DNA of 64,000 bases from NCBI GenBank assembly GCA_049115495.1, contig JAGDZV010000002.1, forward strand, positions 217,458-281,457, read 5' to 3'. The first letter of the stretch is position 1. Each line of letters begins with the position of its first letter. Below, piece by piece: positions 39,264 to 47,552 of this stretch. The notes beneath the pieces are model-generated. The model saw only the letters and a program-made list of their open reading frames with translations. It ran no database searches and was not told where the DNA came from. Source of the stretch: Bacteroidia bacterium (lineage in GTDB: Bacteria > Bacteroidota > Bacteroidia > CAILMK01 > JACPUW01). The position numbers and the translations under genes were made by a program.

Positions 39264-41543
39264 ATGAAATTACAACAATCTCAAAAACAAGAAATGTCTT
39301 TTGTAAAAAAGGCAGCGTTCCTTGGCGGAACGTCATTAATTGTAGCGCTAATTGCATTTGCCGGAATTAAACTAAGTAATGTAAACGATGCCAAGGCAGG
39401 AAACGATTACGAAGTAAAAGGAACATCTAAAACAATTTCGTCGGGTAATTACGATGAAATTAAAGTTGAAGATGGTGGTACTTTGATTATTACAGGTGCA
39501 GTTAGAGTTAGTGATAAGGTAGAGATTAAGAAGAAATCGAAAATTGAAATTAAGGTAGGTGGATCGTTAACAATGGATGAGCTGAAAATTGAAGAAGAGA
39601 GTTCTTTGATTGTTGATGGAACCATTGATGTTAGTGATAAAATTGAAGTTAAAAAGAAGTCTACTTTTAGTTTGGCGGCTGGTTCTGATTTTACTTTAAA
39701 TGATGAGTTTAAAGTTGAAGAAGAGTGTACGGTAACTATAAATTCAAATATTACAGTAAACGATAAAGTTGAGATAAAAAAAGAAAGCAATTTTTCTTTG
39801 GGTAAAGGCGCGGTCTTTATTGTAAAAGATGAGTTTAAAATAGAGGAATACGTGGTCTTAAATCTTAATGGTAAGCTTGAGATGAAAGACAAAGCTGAGC
39901 TAAAAAAGTATTCAACAATTAATGTTAGCGAAGGTGGTGAGTTTGTGCATTCTGGTGGAGAAGAGATTGTATTAAAAGAAGAAGTGGTGTTGAATGTTAA
40001 AAACCTAGGAGAAGCAAGGTTTACAAATAAAAAATTGAAGGTTGAGCACAGTAGAACCAAAGTGAATATTGAACCAGGAGGTTGGATGTTTGTAAAGGAG
40101 ATGGAAGTAAAAAACAGCTCTTCTTTTGTGAATAACGGTTATTTAGAGCACACGAGTAATAGTAAAAAGTTAAAGTTTGATGGGGTTAGTATGACAGGTA
40201 ATGGAGTTTTTTACTGTCTTAAAAAGAGTAAGCTTGATTTAAAAAATAACGCCAAACTTTTTGGTAAAACAAAAAATCAGCACTCAAATGATCATTTTAG
40301 TGTAGGGTCAAACAAAATTGCTGTTAAGCGTCTGCCAAAATTTAAAATAGAAGAAGATAACTGGGAACTTTCTGATACTTTGGTAGTAAAAGATACAATT
40401 GATTTAAATGGAAAGAGTTTAGATATTAAAGATAAGGACTTTAGACTGCCAAAGAGTTTTTCATTTAACCGATCGGGAGATAATTCAGAATATATAAAAA
40501 CCAGTAGCTCAGGTAGATACAAGTTGTCTATGTTAAAGAACGACAAGGTGCATACAGCACCAATAGGAAGAAACCCTTATTTACCTGTAGAAGCTGAGTG
40601 TGAAGATTGTGAGGGAACTGAATTTGCAGTTGCGGTAACAGAAAATGTTTACCTTGATCCAGTGCTAAAAACGGGTCAGCAAAATAGCAGTGCTGTTGGA
40701 GAAACATGGTCTGTAATACCAGATAAAAATGTAAGCGGAAGTGTAACATTTGAATTTCAATGGAATGCAGGTGCCAACGGAACTACATCTTCTGAATTGT
40801 CGGGATTCAATAGAAGTGGAGCAACTTCTTACTACTGGATTGTTGGTCAAAGCTCACAGTGGCAAAACGATGGAACAAATGTAAATATAGCTGTGACAGG
40901 ATCAGACCCATACACTATGCAGGTAACTTTTAATGGCATGACCCAAGGCAAAGAATATTTGTTCTCAGTTGGTAGTGCAGGAACTGCTTTGCCGGTTGAG
41001 TTCACTTATTTTGATGCAAAATCAATGGGTGATAAAATTGAATTGACCTGGGGTACGGCTACAGAAACCAATAACGACTTTTTTGAAGTACAACGCTCTC
41101 AAGATGGAGTGAACTGGGACGCATTAGAAGAAGTAAATGGGGCCGGTACTACTTTAGAAGCTCAAGATTATACCACATATGATTATTACCCATTAGATGG
41201 TTTAACATATTACAGATTGAGACAAGTTGATTTTGATGGTACTCAAGATTATAGTGAAGTAAGAAAAATAGAAAGCTCAAGCGCAAACGCTAATGAACTA
41301 TTGATTACCTCTATTTATCCGAATCCTTTTAGATCTATGCTTACGGTAGATATTGACGGTTTGGCATTTGATAATTTCAAAATAGAATTATTGAATAGTA
41401 GCGGTGTTGTTGTTAAGGAGCGTGAGTTTGGAGCTGGTGAAAATGCTCAATTGTCAAACCTTGATGATCTACAGTTTGGAGTTTACTTTTTGAGGGTTAT
41501 TCAATCAGAAAAAATAGTAACTCAGCAAGTTATTAAGAGATAA
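39264..41543 (+). CDS. T9SS-sorted surface protein with about six 41-42-aa internal repeats
   Basis: Leader (..MSFVKKAAFLGGTSLIVALIAFAGIKLSNVNDAKA), repeats, the conserved module LPVEFTYFDAK..WGTATETNNDFFEVQRS..YYRLRQVDFDGT.., and CTD ..IYPNPF..GVYFLRVIQ..VIKR. Confidence 0.7.
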   Translation: MKLQQSQKQEMSFVKKAAFLGGTSLIVALIAFAGIKLSNVNDAKAGNDYEVKGTSKTISSGNYDEIKVEDGGTLIITGAVRVSDKVEIKKKSKIEIKVGGSLTMDELKIEEESSLIVDGTIDVSDKIEVKKKSTFSLAAGSDFTLNDEFKVEEECTVTINSNITVNDKVEIKKESNFSLGKGAVFIVKDEFKIEEYVVLNLNGKLEMKDKAELKKYSTINVSEGGEFVHSGGEEIVLKEEVVLNVKNLGEARFTNKKLKVEHSRTKVNIEPGGWMFVKEMEVKNSSSFVNNGYLEHTSNSKKLKFDGVSMTGNGVFYCLKKSKLDLKNNAKLFGKTKNQHSNDHFSVGSNKIAVKRLPKFKIEEDNWELSDTLVVKDTIDLNGKSLDIKDKDFRLPKSFSFNRSGDNSEYIKTSSSGRYKLSMLKNDKVHTAPIGRNPYLPVEAECEDCEGTEFAVAVTENVYLDPVLKTGQQNSSAVGETWSVIPDKNVSGSVTFEFQWNAGANGTTSSELSGFNRSGATSYYWIVGQSSQWQNDGTNVNIAVTGSDPYTMQVTFNGMTQGKEYLFSVGSAGTALPVEFTYFDAKSMGDKIELTWGTATETNNDFFEVQRSQDGVNWDALEEVNGAGTTLEAQDYTTYDYYPLDGLTYYRLRQVDFDGTQDYSEVRKIESSSANANELLITSIYPNPFRSMLTVDIDGLAFDNFKIELLNSSGVVVKEREFGAGENAQLSNLDDLQFGVYFLRVIQSEKIVTQQVIKR
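39470..40270 (+). repeat. In-frame tandem repeats, period 123-126 bp, inside the 39264 CDS
   Basis: The GAT of the V(S/N)DK(V/I)E(I/V)KK(K/E)S core recurs at 39513, 39636 and 39762, with GAC (the KDK Asp codon) at 39888. Each unit alternates ..DKVEIKKKS.. and ..DEFK(V/I)EEE.. half-units. Later units are degenerate. Confidence 0.6.
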
Positions 41544-41566
41544 TAGCGAACGATTTGTAAAATATA

Positions 41567-41603
41567 GTACAACAAAAGGCCCATTTTGGGCCTTTTGTTG
41601 TAC
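41567..41603 (+). terminator. Perfect 16-bp hairpin after the 39264 CDS
   Basis: gtacaacaaaaggccc / gggccttttgttgtac with a 5-nt loop. There is no clean trailing T-run. Confidence 0.6.
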
Positions 41604-41907
41604 TATATTCCATTATTAAGACGTAATCTCTAAATTGGCAATTCGACTTTTTAACACGTGAAAAATCTTTGATAAGCAAATATTGGCAGTGAGCGTAAAC
41701 CTTAACTTTACGCTTTTGATATGTTGAAAAGGGCTATTAGGGTTAGTATTGGCGTATTTTTGTTCGTTCGTGTTATATGCGAGCTTACCAATTCTAATGC
41801 TTAAACCTTTCCAAATACGGTACTTTAATTTGCTATGTTTAAAACTTTAGGCTTGTTTTAAGCCTTTAGCAAAAAATTTGTTTACACACAGCAGTAAGGT
41901 AATTGTA

Positions 41908-44900
41908 ATGGTAAACAAGAAAACGAGTCTAAGTCAAAGGCAAAGTATGTCTTTTAGACAAAAGCTAATTATTGGAGCAAGTACTTCAGTTTTATTAATT
42001 GTTTTGATAATTGCAAGCATTAAGCTTTTTGATGTTAGGCAAGCAAAGGCCGCCGATACTGGGGTTCAAAACCCAAGTGCAGCGTCAACAAGTGGAGGCA
42101 CCGGTAGGTCATGGAGCAACACTAACAATATCTATAGTGAAAATGGTTTTTACGCCAGTGTGAACCTGTCATCAAGCGGAGCAAATCGCAGAAGTGAATA
42201 TCTTGAAGCTACAGGCTTTGGGTTTTCAATCCCCGTAGGTGCTACTATTGATGGAATAGAGGTAACTGTTGCCCGTAAAGGATCGGCTAATAGTTCAATT
42301 AGAGATAGAGATGTTTATTTGACCAAAGATGGTAGCAGTGCTGTAGGAACTGATTATGCAGTTACCGGAACCAATTGGTTAAATACAGATGATTATGCAA
42401 CTTATGGTGGATCAACAGATTTATGGGGAACCACATGGTCAGTCTCAGAAGTCAACAGTGCCAATTTCGGTTTATTATTTCAATGTAGAAATAGGGCAAG
42501 TGGTAGTAGAACAGCTTACGTTGACAATATTCAAATTAAGGTTTACTATACGGCAGCAGCAAGCAATCCTGCACCTGGTGGCGTTTCAAGTAGTATTGAG
42601 TTGTGGCTTGATGCCAATAACGACGTAACCGGAACAACTGAAATTAGTTCTTGGGGTGATCAGTCAGGAAATAGCAATGATATGTCTATAACAGGTTCAG
42701 CCCGTCCTTCACTAGAATCCAGCTTTGTAAATGGTAATAATGCCATTGATTTTGATGGTGGTGATGAATACATGGAAGCTGCGGCAGGTGGCTATAGCGA
42801 TGATGTTTTCGTTGTGTTAATTCCAGATAATACAGTAAATTATACTGCAACAAGTCAGGTTCCAGTATCGTTTGAAGCAGACGATATTTCATACGCATCT
42901 TCATGGATAGGTTTAGGTTCCGCTACCTCAGGCCTAAGTAATGAAGTTGTTTCTTACGGTGAAGGAGCTTCAGGTACATGGCGAAGAGGCTATACTTCTA
43001 CAACTGGCAGCCATGCAGCTGGTGAACCCATGATTTTAAACGTATCAAATAATGATGGAAGTTCAACAACTTCTATTTATTACAATCAAACTCAAATTGC
43101 AAACTCAAGCAACGGTAGTTATACAACTGCCGAAAATAATGTTGAAATAAGAGTAGGAGGTAATACACATTACTGGGGTGGTAGCTATTATGATGGCAAA
43201 ATAGCCGAAGTAATTACATACTCTAGTAATCTAAGCGCAAACGATCGAAATAAGGTGGCCGCTTACCTTGCTGTAAAATATGGTGTTACTCTTCAAGATG
43301 ACTATGTTCTATCTGATGGAACCGTAGTTTGGGACGAAACAGCAAACTCTTCGTACCACAATGATGTTGCAGGAATTGTAAAGGATGAAGATGCAGATCT
43401 TGAGCAACTTTCAAGTAAAAGTGAGAATAATGATGCTGTTGTAACCATGAGCGCGTCAAGTTTTGATGATGATCTTGATGCCATAATTTGGGGAAATGAC
43501 AATGGAACGTTATCAAAAGGTACAGGAAATGGTGGGTCATATTTTACAGACGCAAGTAATAGAACTTGGAAAGTAGAAACTAATGAGACCCCAAGTGGCC
43601 TGTCGGTTTCATTTGATCTTTCTGCAATGGCAATGACTGGTGGATCGGCAAACGATTATGCGATATTAATTGATTCAGATACTGATTTTTCAAACGCTAC
43701 CGAACATACAACAGGCGCTTCTTTAAATTCAAATATTATAACGTTTACTGGTGTGTCATTTTCTGATGGCTATTACTTTACCTTGGGGCAAAGCGATATT
43801 GATCCTTTTCCGGGTGGCGTTTCAAGTAGTATTGAGATGTGGCTAAAAGCCGATGCAGAAGTTTACGAAGATGCAGGTACCGACCTTGCTGAAGATAATG
43901 ATGACGTGCTAGAGTGGGGCGATCAATCTGGTTTTAATTTTGATGTTGAAGCAGCAGGAAGCAGTGGAACAAGACCAAACCTGAGAAATGCTTCAATAAA
44001 CTTTAATCCTTCAATTCATTTTACAGATGACGGTAACAGACATTTAGCTTCATCAGGAAACCCAGTTGATGGTGACATGACTTGGTACGTGGTTTATCAA
44101 AGTACGCATACCGATGGGAGTGGAAGCTTTTGGACTTGTCCGGCCATTGTGGGCGCTGAGAATAGTGGAACAACAAATGACTATACCATTAGTCATAATG
44201 CTGGGAAACCATTTTTTAAAGGAACAGGTGGCAACAATTTCGGCTGTGCATCAACCACAAATAGAAACAACAGAAAACCCGTAATTCTGGGAGCAACAAG
44301 AATTAAAACTTCAGCTACTGGTACCAATTATTTGTATATAAATGGCGGTATTGAAGCCACTTATGCCGCAGATAATAACACATTATCAGACCCAAGTAGC
44401 GTTGGAATTGGAAACCACGATGACCCAATTTCGGGCAGCCAATATAAAGGTAAGATTGCCGAAGTTATTAACTTTTCAATTGCGCTAGGAGATACTGATA
44501 GGTACAAAATTGAAACCTATTTGGCTGTGAAATATGGTATGTCATTAGATCACGTTTACCTCAACACTACCGGCGATACTATATGGGATAATGCTTCTAA
44601 TTCAGCTTTCCACAACAGAATTACAGGTATTGGTAGAGATGATGAAACAGGCTTGGATCAAAGACAATCAAGAAATGTTGAAAACACAAGTGTAGTAACA
44701 GTGGCGCATGGAAGCATTGCGGCTACTAATCAAGATAACGGCAATAGTTTTTCAACCAATAAGAGCTTCTTAATTGTTGGAGATGATGCAGGTGATTTAA
44801 CCGGTGAAAATGAAACCGATCAAGGAACTACCACTAACGCTGAAGACATTGAAAGAAGAATTGAAAGAGCGTGGAAAGTTGAAGAAGTTGGTACTGTTGG

Positions 44901-45708
44901 TTCAGTTAGGCTCAAATTTGATTTGGAAACATTTCCTGGTGTAATAGCTGCCGGTTCTACGTATGATTTTACTGAGCTGAGACTATTAGTTGATGCAGAT
45001 GGAGTTTTTGCGTCAGGTGCTTATAGTGTAAGTCCAACTACATATACTTTTAGTAGTTCAGATACTTCAATTGTTTTCGACTATAATTTCCCAGTAGGAA
45101 CAAGTTACTTCTCATTAGGAACTTTGGATGAAGCCGGTTCTCCGCTTCCTGTTGATTGGACTCACTTTGATGCTAATGCTATTGAAGGAAAAGTTGAACT
45201 TAATTGGGGTACAGCTACAGAAACCAATAATGAGTATTTTCAAGTTCAAAGATCAATTGATCTAAATGAATGGGAAAATCTAGAAAGGTTAGAAGGTGCT
45301 GGAACTACACTTGAACCCCAAGAGTACATTGCTTATGATAATTCACCAATAAATGGAATAGCTTATTACAGAGTTAAGCAGACTGATTTTGATGGTACTA
45401 CAGATTACACGCAGGTACGTCAAGTTGACCTTTCTGGAGCTTTGTCGAGCAATATTGAAATTTTGAGTGCATATCCCAACCCATTTATTGATCAAGTATT
45501 TATTGATGTAATGGTACCTAATTCAGGCGACTACACCTTTGAATTATTGAACTCAAGTGGGGTGGTGTTGAGTGAAGCATCAGAAACAATTTACAACAGT
45601 AGCTATCAAAAAGTATTCTCTAATCTTGGCTCATATAAGCCAGGCGTTTACTTTGTAAGAGTTAGAAACGAGCAACAGTCAGTAATTACAAGAGTCATCA
45701 AGTATTAG
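41908..45708 (+). CDS. Large T9SS-sorted surface protein with two LamG-like modules (internal ~412-aa duplication)
   Basis: Leader paralogous to the 39264 gene. Two copies of PGGVSSSIE(L/M)WL..WGDQSG..RP.. ending (Y)xGKIAEVI..DR.K...YLAVKYG. Same LPV(E/D).. module and ..YPNPF.. CTD. Possible starts at 41878 (TTG), 41908 or 41947. Confidence 0.75.
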   Translation: MVNKKTSLSQRQSMSFRQKLIIGASTSVLLIVLIIASIKLFDVRQAKAADTGVQNPSAASTSGGTGRSWSNTNNIYSENGFYASVNLSSSGANRRSEYLEATGFGFSIPVGATIDGIEVTVARKGSANSSIRDRDVYLTKDGSSAVGTDYAVTGTNWLNTDDYATYGGSTDLWGTTWSVSEVNSANFGLLFQCRNRASGSRTAYVDNIQIKVYYTAAASNPAPGGVSSSIELWLDANNDVTGTTEISSWGDQSGNSNDMSITGSARPSLESSFVNGNNAIDFDGGDEYMEAAAGGYSDDVFVVLIPDNTVNYTATSQVPVSFEADDISYASSWIGLGSATSGLSNEVVSYGEGASGTWRRGYTSTTGSHAAGEPMILNVSNNDGSSTTSIYYNQTQIANSSNGSYTTAENNVEIRVGGNTHYWGGSYYDGKIAEVITYSSNLSANDRNKVAAYLAVKYGVTLQDDYVLSDGTVVWDETANSSYHNDVAGIVKDEDADLEQLSSKSENNDAVVTMSASSFDDDLDAIIWGNDNGTLSKGTGNGGSYFTDASNRTWKVETNETPSGLSVSFDLSAMAMTGGSANDYAILIDSDTDFSNATEHTTGASLNSNIITFTGVSFSDGYYFTLGQSDIDPFPGGVSSSIEMWLKADAEVYEDAGTDLAEDNDDVLEWGDQSGFNFDVEAAGSSGTRPNLRNASINFNPSIHFTDDGNRHLASSGNPVDGDMTWYVVYQSTHTDGSGSFWTCPAIVGAENSGTTNDYTISHNAGKPFFKGTGGNNFGCASTTNRNNRKPVILGATRIKTSATGTNYLYINGGIEATYAADNNTLSDPSSVGIGNHDDPISGSQYKGKIAEVINFSIALGDTDRYKIETYLAVKYGMSLDHVYLNTTGDTIWDNASNSAFHNRITGIGRDDETGLDQRQSRNVENTSVVTVAHGSIAATNQDNGNSFSTNKSFLIVGDDAGDLTGENETDQGTTTNAEDIERRIERAWKVEEVGTVGSVRLKFDLETFPGVIAAGSTYDFTELRLLVDADGVFASGAYSVSPTTYTFSSSDTSIVFDYNFPVGTSYFSLGTLDEAGSPLPVDWTHFDANAIEGKVELNWGTATETNNEYFQVQRSIDLNEWENLERLEGAGTTLEPQEYIAYDNSPINGIAYYRVKQTDFDGTTDYTQVRQVDLSGALSSNIEILSAYPNPFIDQVFIDVMVPNSGDYTFELLNSSGVVLSEASETIYNSSYQKVFSNLGSYKPGVYFVRVRNEQQSVITRVIKY

Positions 45709-45820
45709 TATATTAGCCTAATTATGAGTGTGTTAGTTTTACTTTTTAGGACTGTTGTTCTCTAGGTGCTTGAAAGTGAAATCTTGTTTTTGACCACATA
45801 GATCTTTTAAATTCATTAAA

Positions 45821-46252
45821 ATGAAAAACCGACTAGAAATTAAACCAAAAGTTAGAGTTAGACCTATTTATGTAGTTACCGGAGGGCTGCTTACATTAGC
45901 TTTAATCATAGTTTTATCAATTGTTTTAGGCGGTTTTTCAAACTCTGAGAGCAAAGCGAGCAATATTTCGCCAAAAGATGAAGATGCTTCAGTAAGATGG
46001 GTTGTTGAAGGTGTTTCAATAAATGAGTCTATAGAAGAAATCAATGTTGAAATCAGTTCTATTAGTAGTGCATATCTGCAACTTAAGTTATATAACGATC
46101 AGCGGGAGTTACTACTAAAAAAGTCTGTAAAGGTTACAGAAGGGAATAGCGAAGAAGGTTTTAATGGTCTATCATTTTTACCAAAAGGAAAATACTTAGT
46201 AGTTGTTTCTGGCGAAGATAAAACTGTAGAAAAGTGGGTGAGCAAGGAGTAA
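45821..46252 (+). CDS. Small membrane-anchored/secreted protein that is essentially a leader plus a CTD-like beta-sandwich
   Basis: 143 aa. Basic n-region, TM, then ..SKA. The C-terminal ..LQLKLYNDQRELLLKKSVKVTEG..FNGLSFLPKGKYLVVVSGEDKTVEKWVSK resembles a T9SS sorting domain. Confidence 0.45.
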   Translation: MKNRLEIKPKVRVRPIYVVTGGLLTLALIIVLSIVLGGFSNSESKASNISPKDEDASVRWVVEGVSINESIEEINVEISSISSAYLQLKLYNDQRELLLKKSVKVTEGNSEEGFNGLSFLPKGKYLVVVSGEDKTVEKWVSKE

Positions 46253-46743
46253 ATGCTGAATACTTAATTCAAGCACTAGAGCTTGCTAAGCATCCTGAAG
46301 GTGGATATTTTAAAGAAGTTTATAGAAGTATAGAAAATCTTGGCGAGCTGCCAGAAAGGTTTAATGGCATAAGAAGTACGAGTACATCAATTTACTTTTT
46401 GTTGAATGAAAACGACAAGAGCCATTTTCATAAAATCAAAAGTGACGAAACATGGCATTTTTATTCAGGTAGCGCTGCTGTTATTCATATGATAGATAAA
46501 GTAGGTAATTACTCAAAAACAGTTGTGGGATCAAACATAACCGCCGGTGAGTCATTTCAGGTTACCATTCCGTATGATGTTTGGTTTGCAGCAGAATTAA
46601 TAAATAAAAAGAGTTATGGCCTTTTTGGCTGCACGGTAGCTCCGGGTTTCAATTTCCACGACTTTGAGTTGGCAAATGCTAAAAAATTATCGGCATTATG
46701 CCCTGATAAAAGAGACCTTATAGCAACCTTTTGTTTAAGCTAG
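46234..46743 (+). CDS. Cupin-fold protein (DUF985-like)
   Basis: ..LELAKHPEGGYFKEVYRS..STSIYFLL..SHFHKIKSDETWHFY... GTG start, uncertain. Confidence 0.7.
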   Translation: MGEQGVNAEYLIQALELAKHPEGGYFKEVYRSIENLGELPERFNGIRSTSTSIYFLLNENDKSHFHKIKSDETWHFYSGSAAVIHMIDKVGNYSKTVVGSNITAGESFQVTIPYDVWFAAELINKKSYGLFGCTVAPGFNFHDFELANAKKLSALCPDKRDLIATFCLS

Positions 46744-47228
46744 CGTTCGGTTTCAAAAATCCCGATTTTTCTGTTTTTCTTTACATTGTCATGGTTAAAG
46801 CACATGCCATTCATGGTAACATAAACCCCATTTGGCAGGCTTTGAACAAATCCAAGGCTGCTTCCTAAATTAAAAAGTCCATCGCTACTTCCAAATTTAT
46901 AAGGAATCATAGCGCCGGTAAGTACTATGGTTTTGTTTAAATTCATGGCGCCTAGGGCCTTGGCTGTTTTGTCCATGGTGTCTGTTCCGTGAGTAATTAA
47001 GATTCTATCTTCTTTACACTTTTTGCAATTGTAAAGAATCATATCTCTATCGTCATCGGTCATTTCATAGCTATCAACCATCATTAGGGTCGTAATTCTT
47101 ACATCTACAAGAGAACGACCCAAATGTAGGATCTCTTTTACATGCGAGTCTTTAAAAAAGAGCTCACCAGTTAGCATATCGTATTCTTTGTCAAAAGTGC
47201 CGCCTGTGGCAAATATTCTAATGGCCAT
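46740..47228 (-). CDS. Asparaginase-domain protein (short, N-terminal domain only)
   Basis: ..IFATGGTFDK.. and ..ITHGTDTMDKTA.. are asparaginase/glutaminase active-site motifs. ATG at 47228 is preferred. Confidence 0.72.
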   Translation of the reverse strand: MAIRIFATGGTFDKEYDMLTGELFFKDSHVKEILHLGRSLVDVRITTLMMVDSYEMTDDDRDMILYNCKKCKEDRILITHGTDTMDKTAKALGAMNLNKTIVLTGAMIPYKFGSSDGLFNLGSSLGFVQSLPNGVYVTMNGMCFNHDNVKKNRKIGIFETER

Positions 47229-47552
47229 ACAGTAGAGTTTTTGCAAAGGTGATTAAATGTACCCATATATAAATCAGATCAATCCGATATTTCGTTTCAT
47301 ATCTTTTGTTATTGCGCCGCTTAGATATCAATTAAAGCACCCTTAATTTGAAAATAAGTATCTGTGTATAATTTACAATCTCACACATTTGAGTATTATG
47401 GCGGTTAAACGCTTTGTTTTAGAGTATAAGAATGGCTGCGCCGTAAAAAAATATAACAGCCAAAAGCTTGGAAAGCTTAAAGGGTGTTACATTTTTTCTT
47501 CTACTATCATAGTAGTTCCATCTAATTGGAACTTATATTGGCTGATGATTAA

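Noticed and set aside
39449-40060. 203-aa minus-strand ORF inside the 39264 CDS
   Set aside because: It lies antisense to the repeat region. The low-complexity S/F/L-rich translation is an artefact of the K/E-rich repeats on the plus strand, whose product has clear leader, module and CTD features.
46740-46743. 4-nt overlap of the convergent cupin and asparaginase-domain genes
   Set aside because: Overlapping stop codons of convergent genes are common in compact genomes, and nothing further supports a regulatory role.
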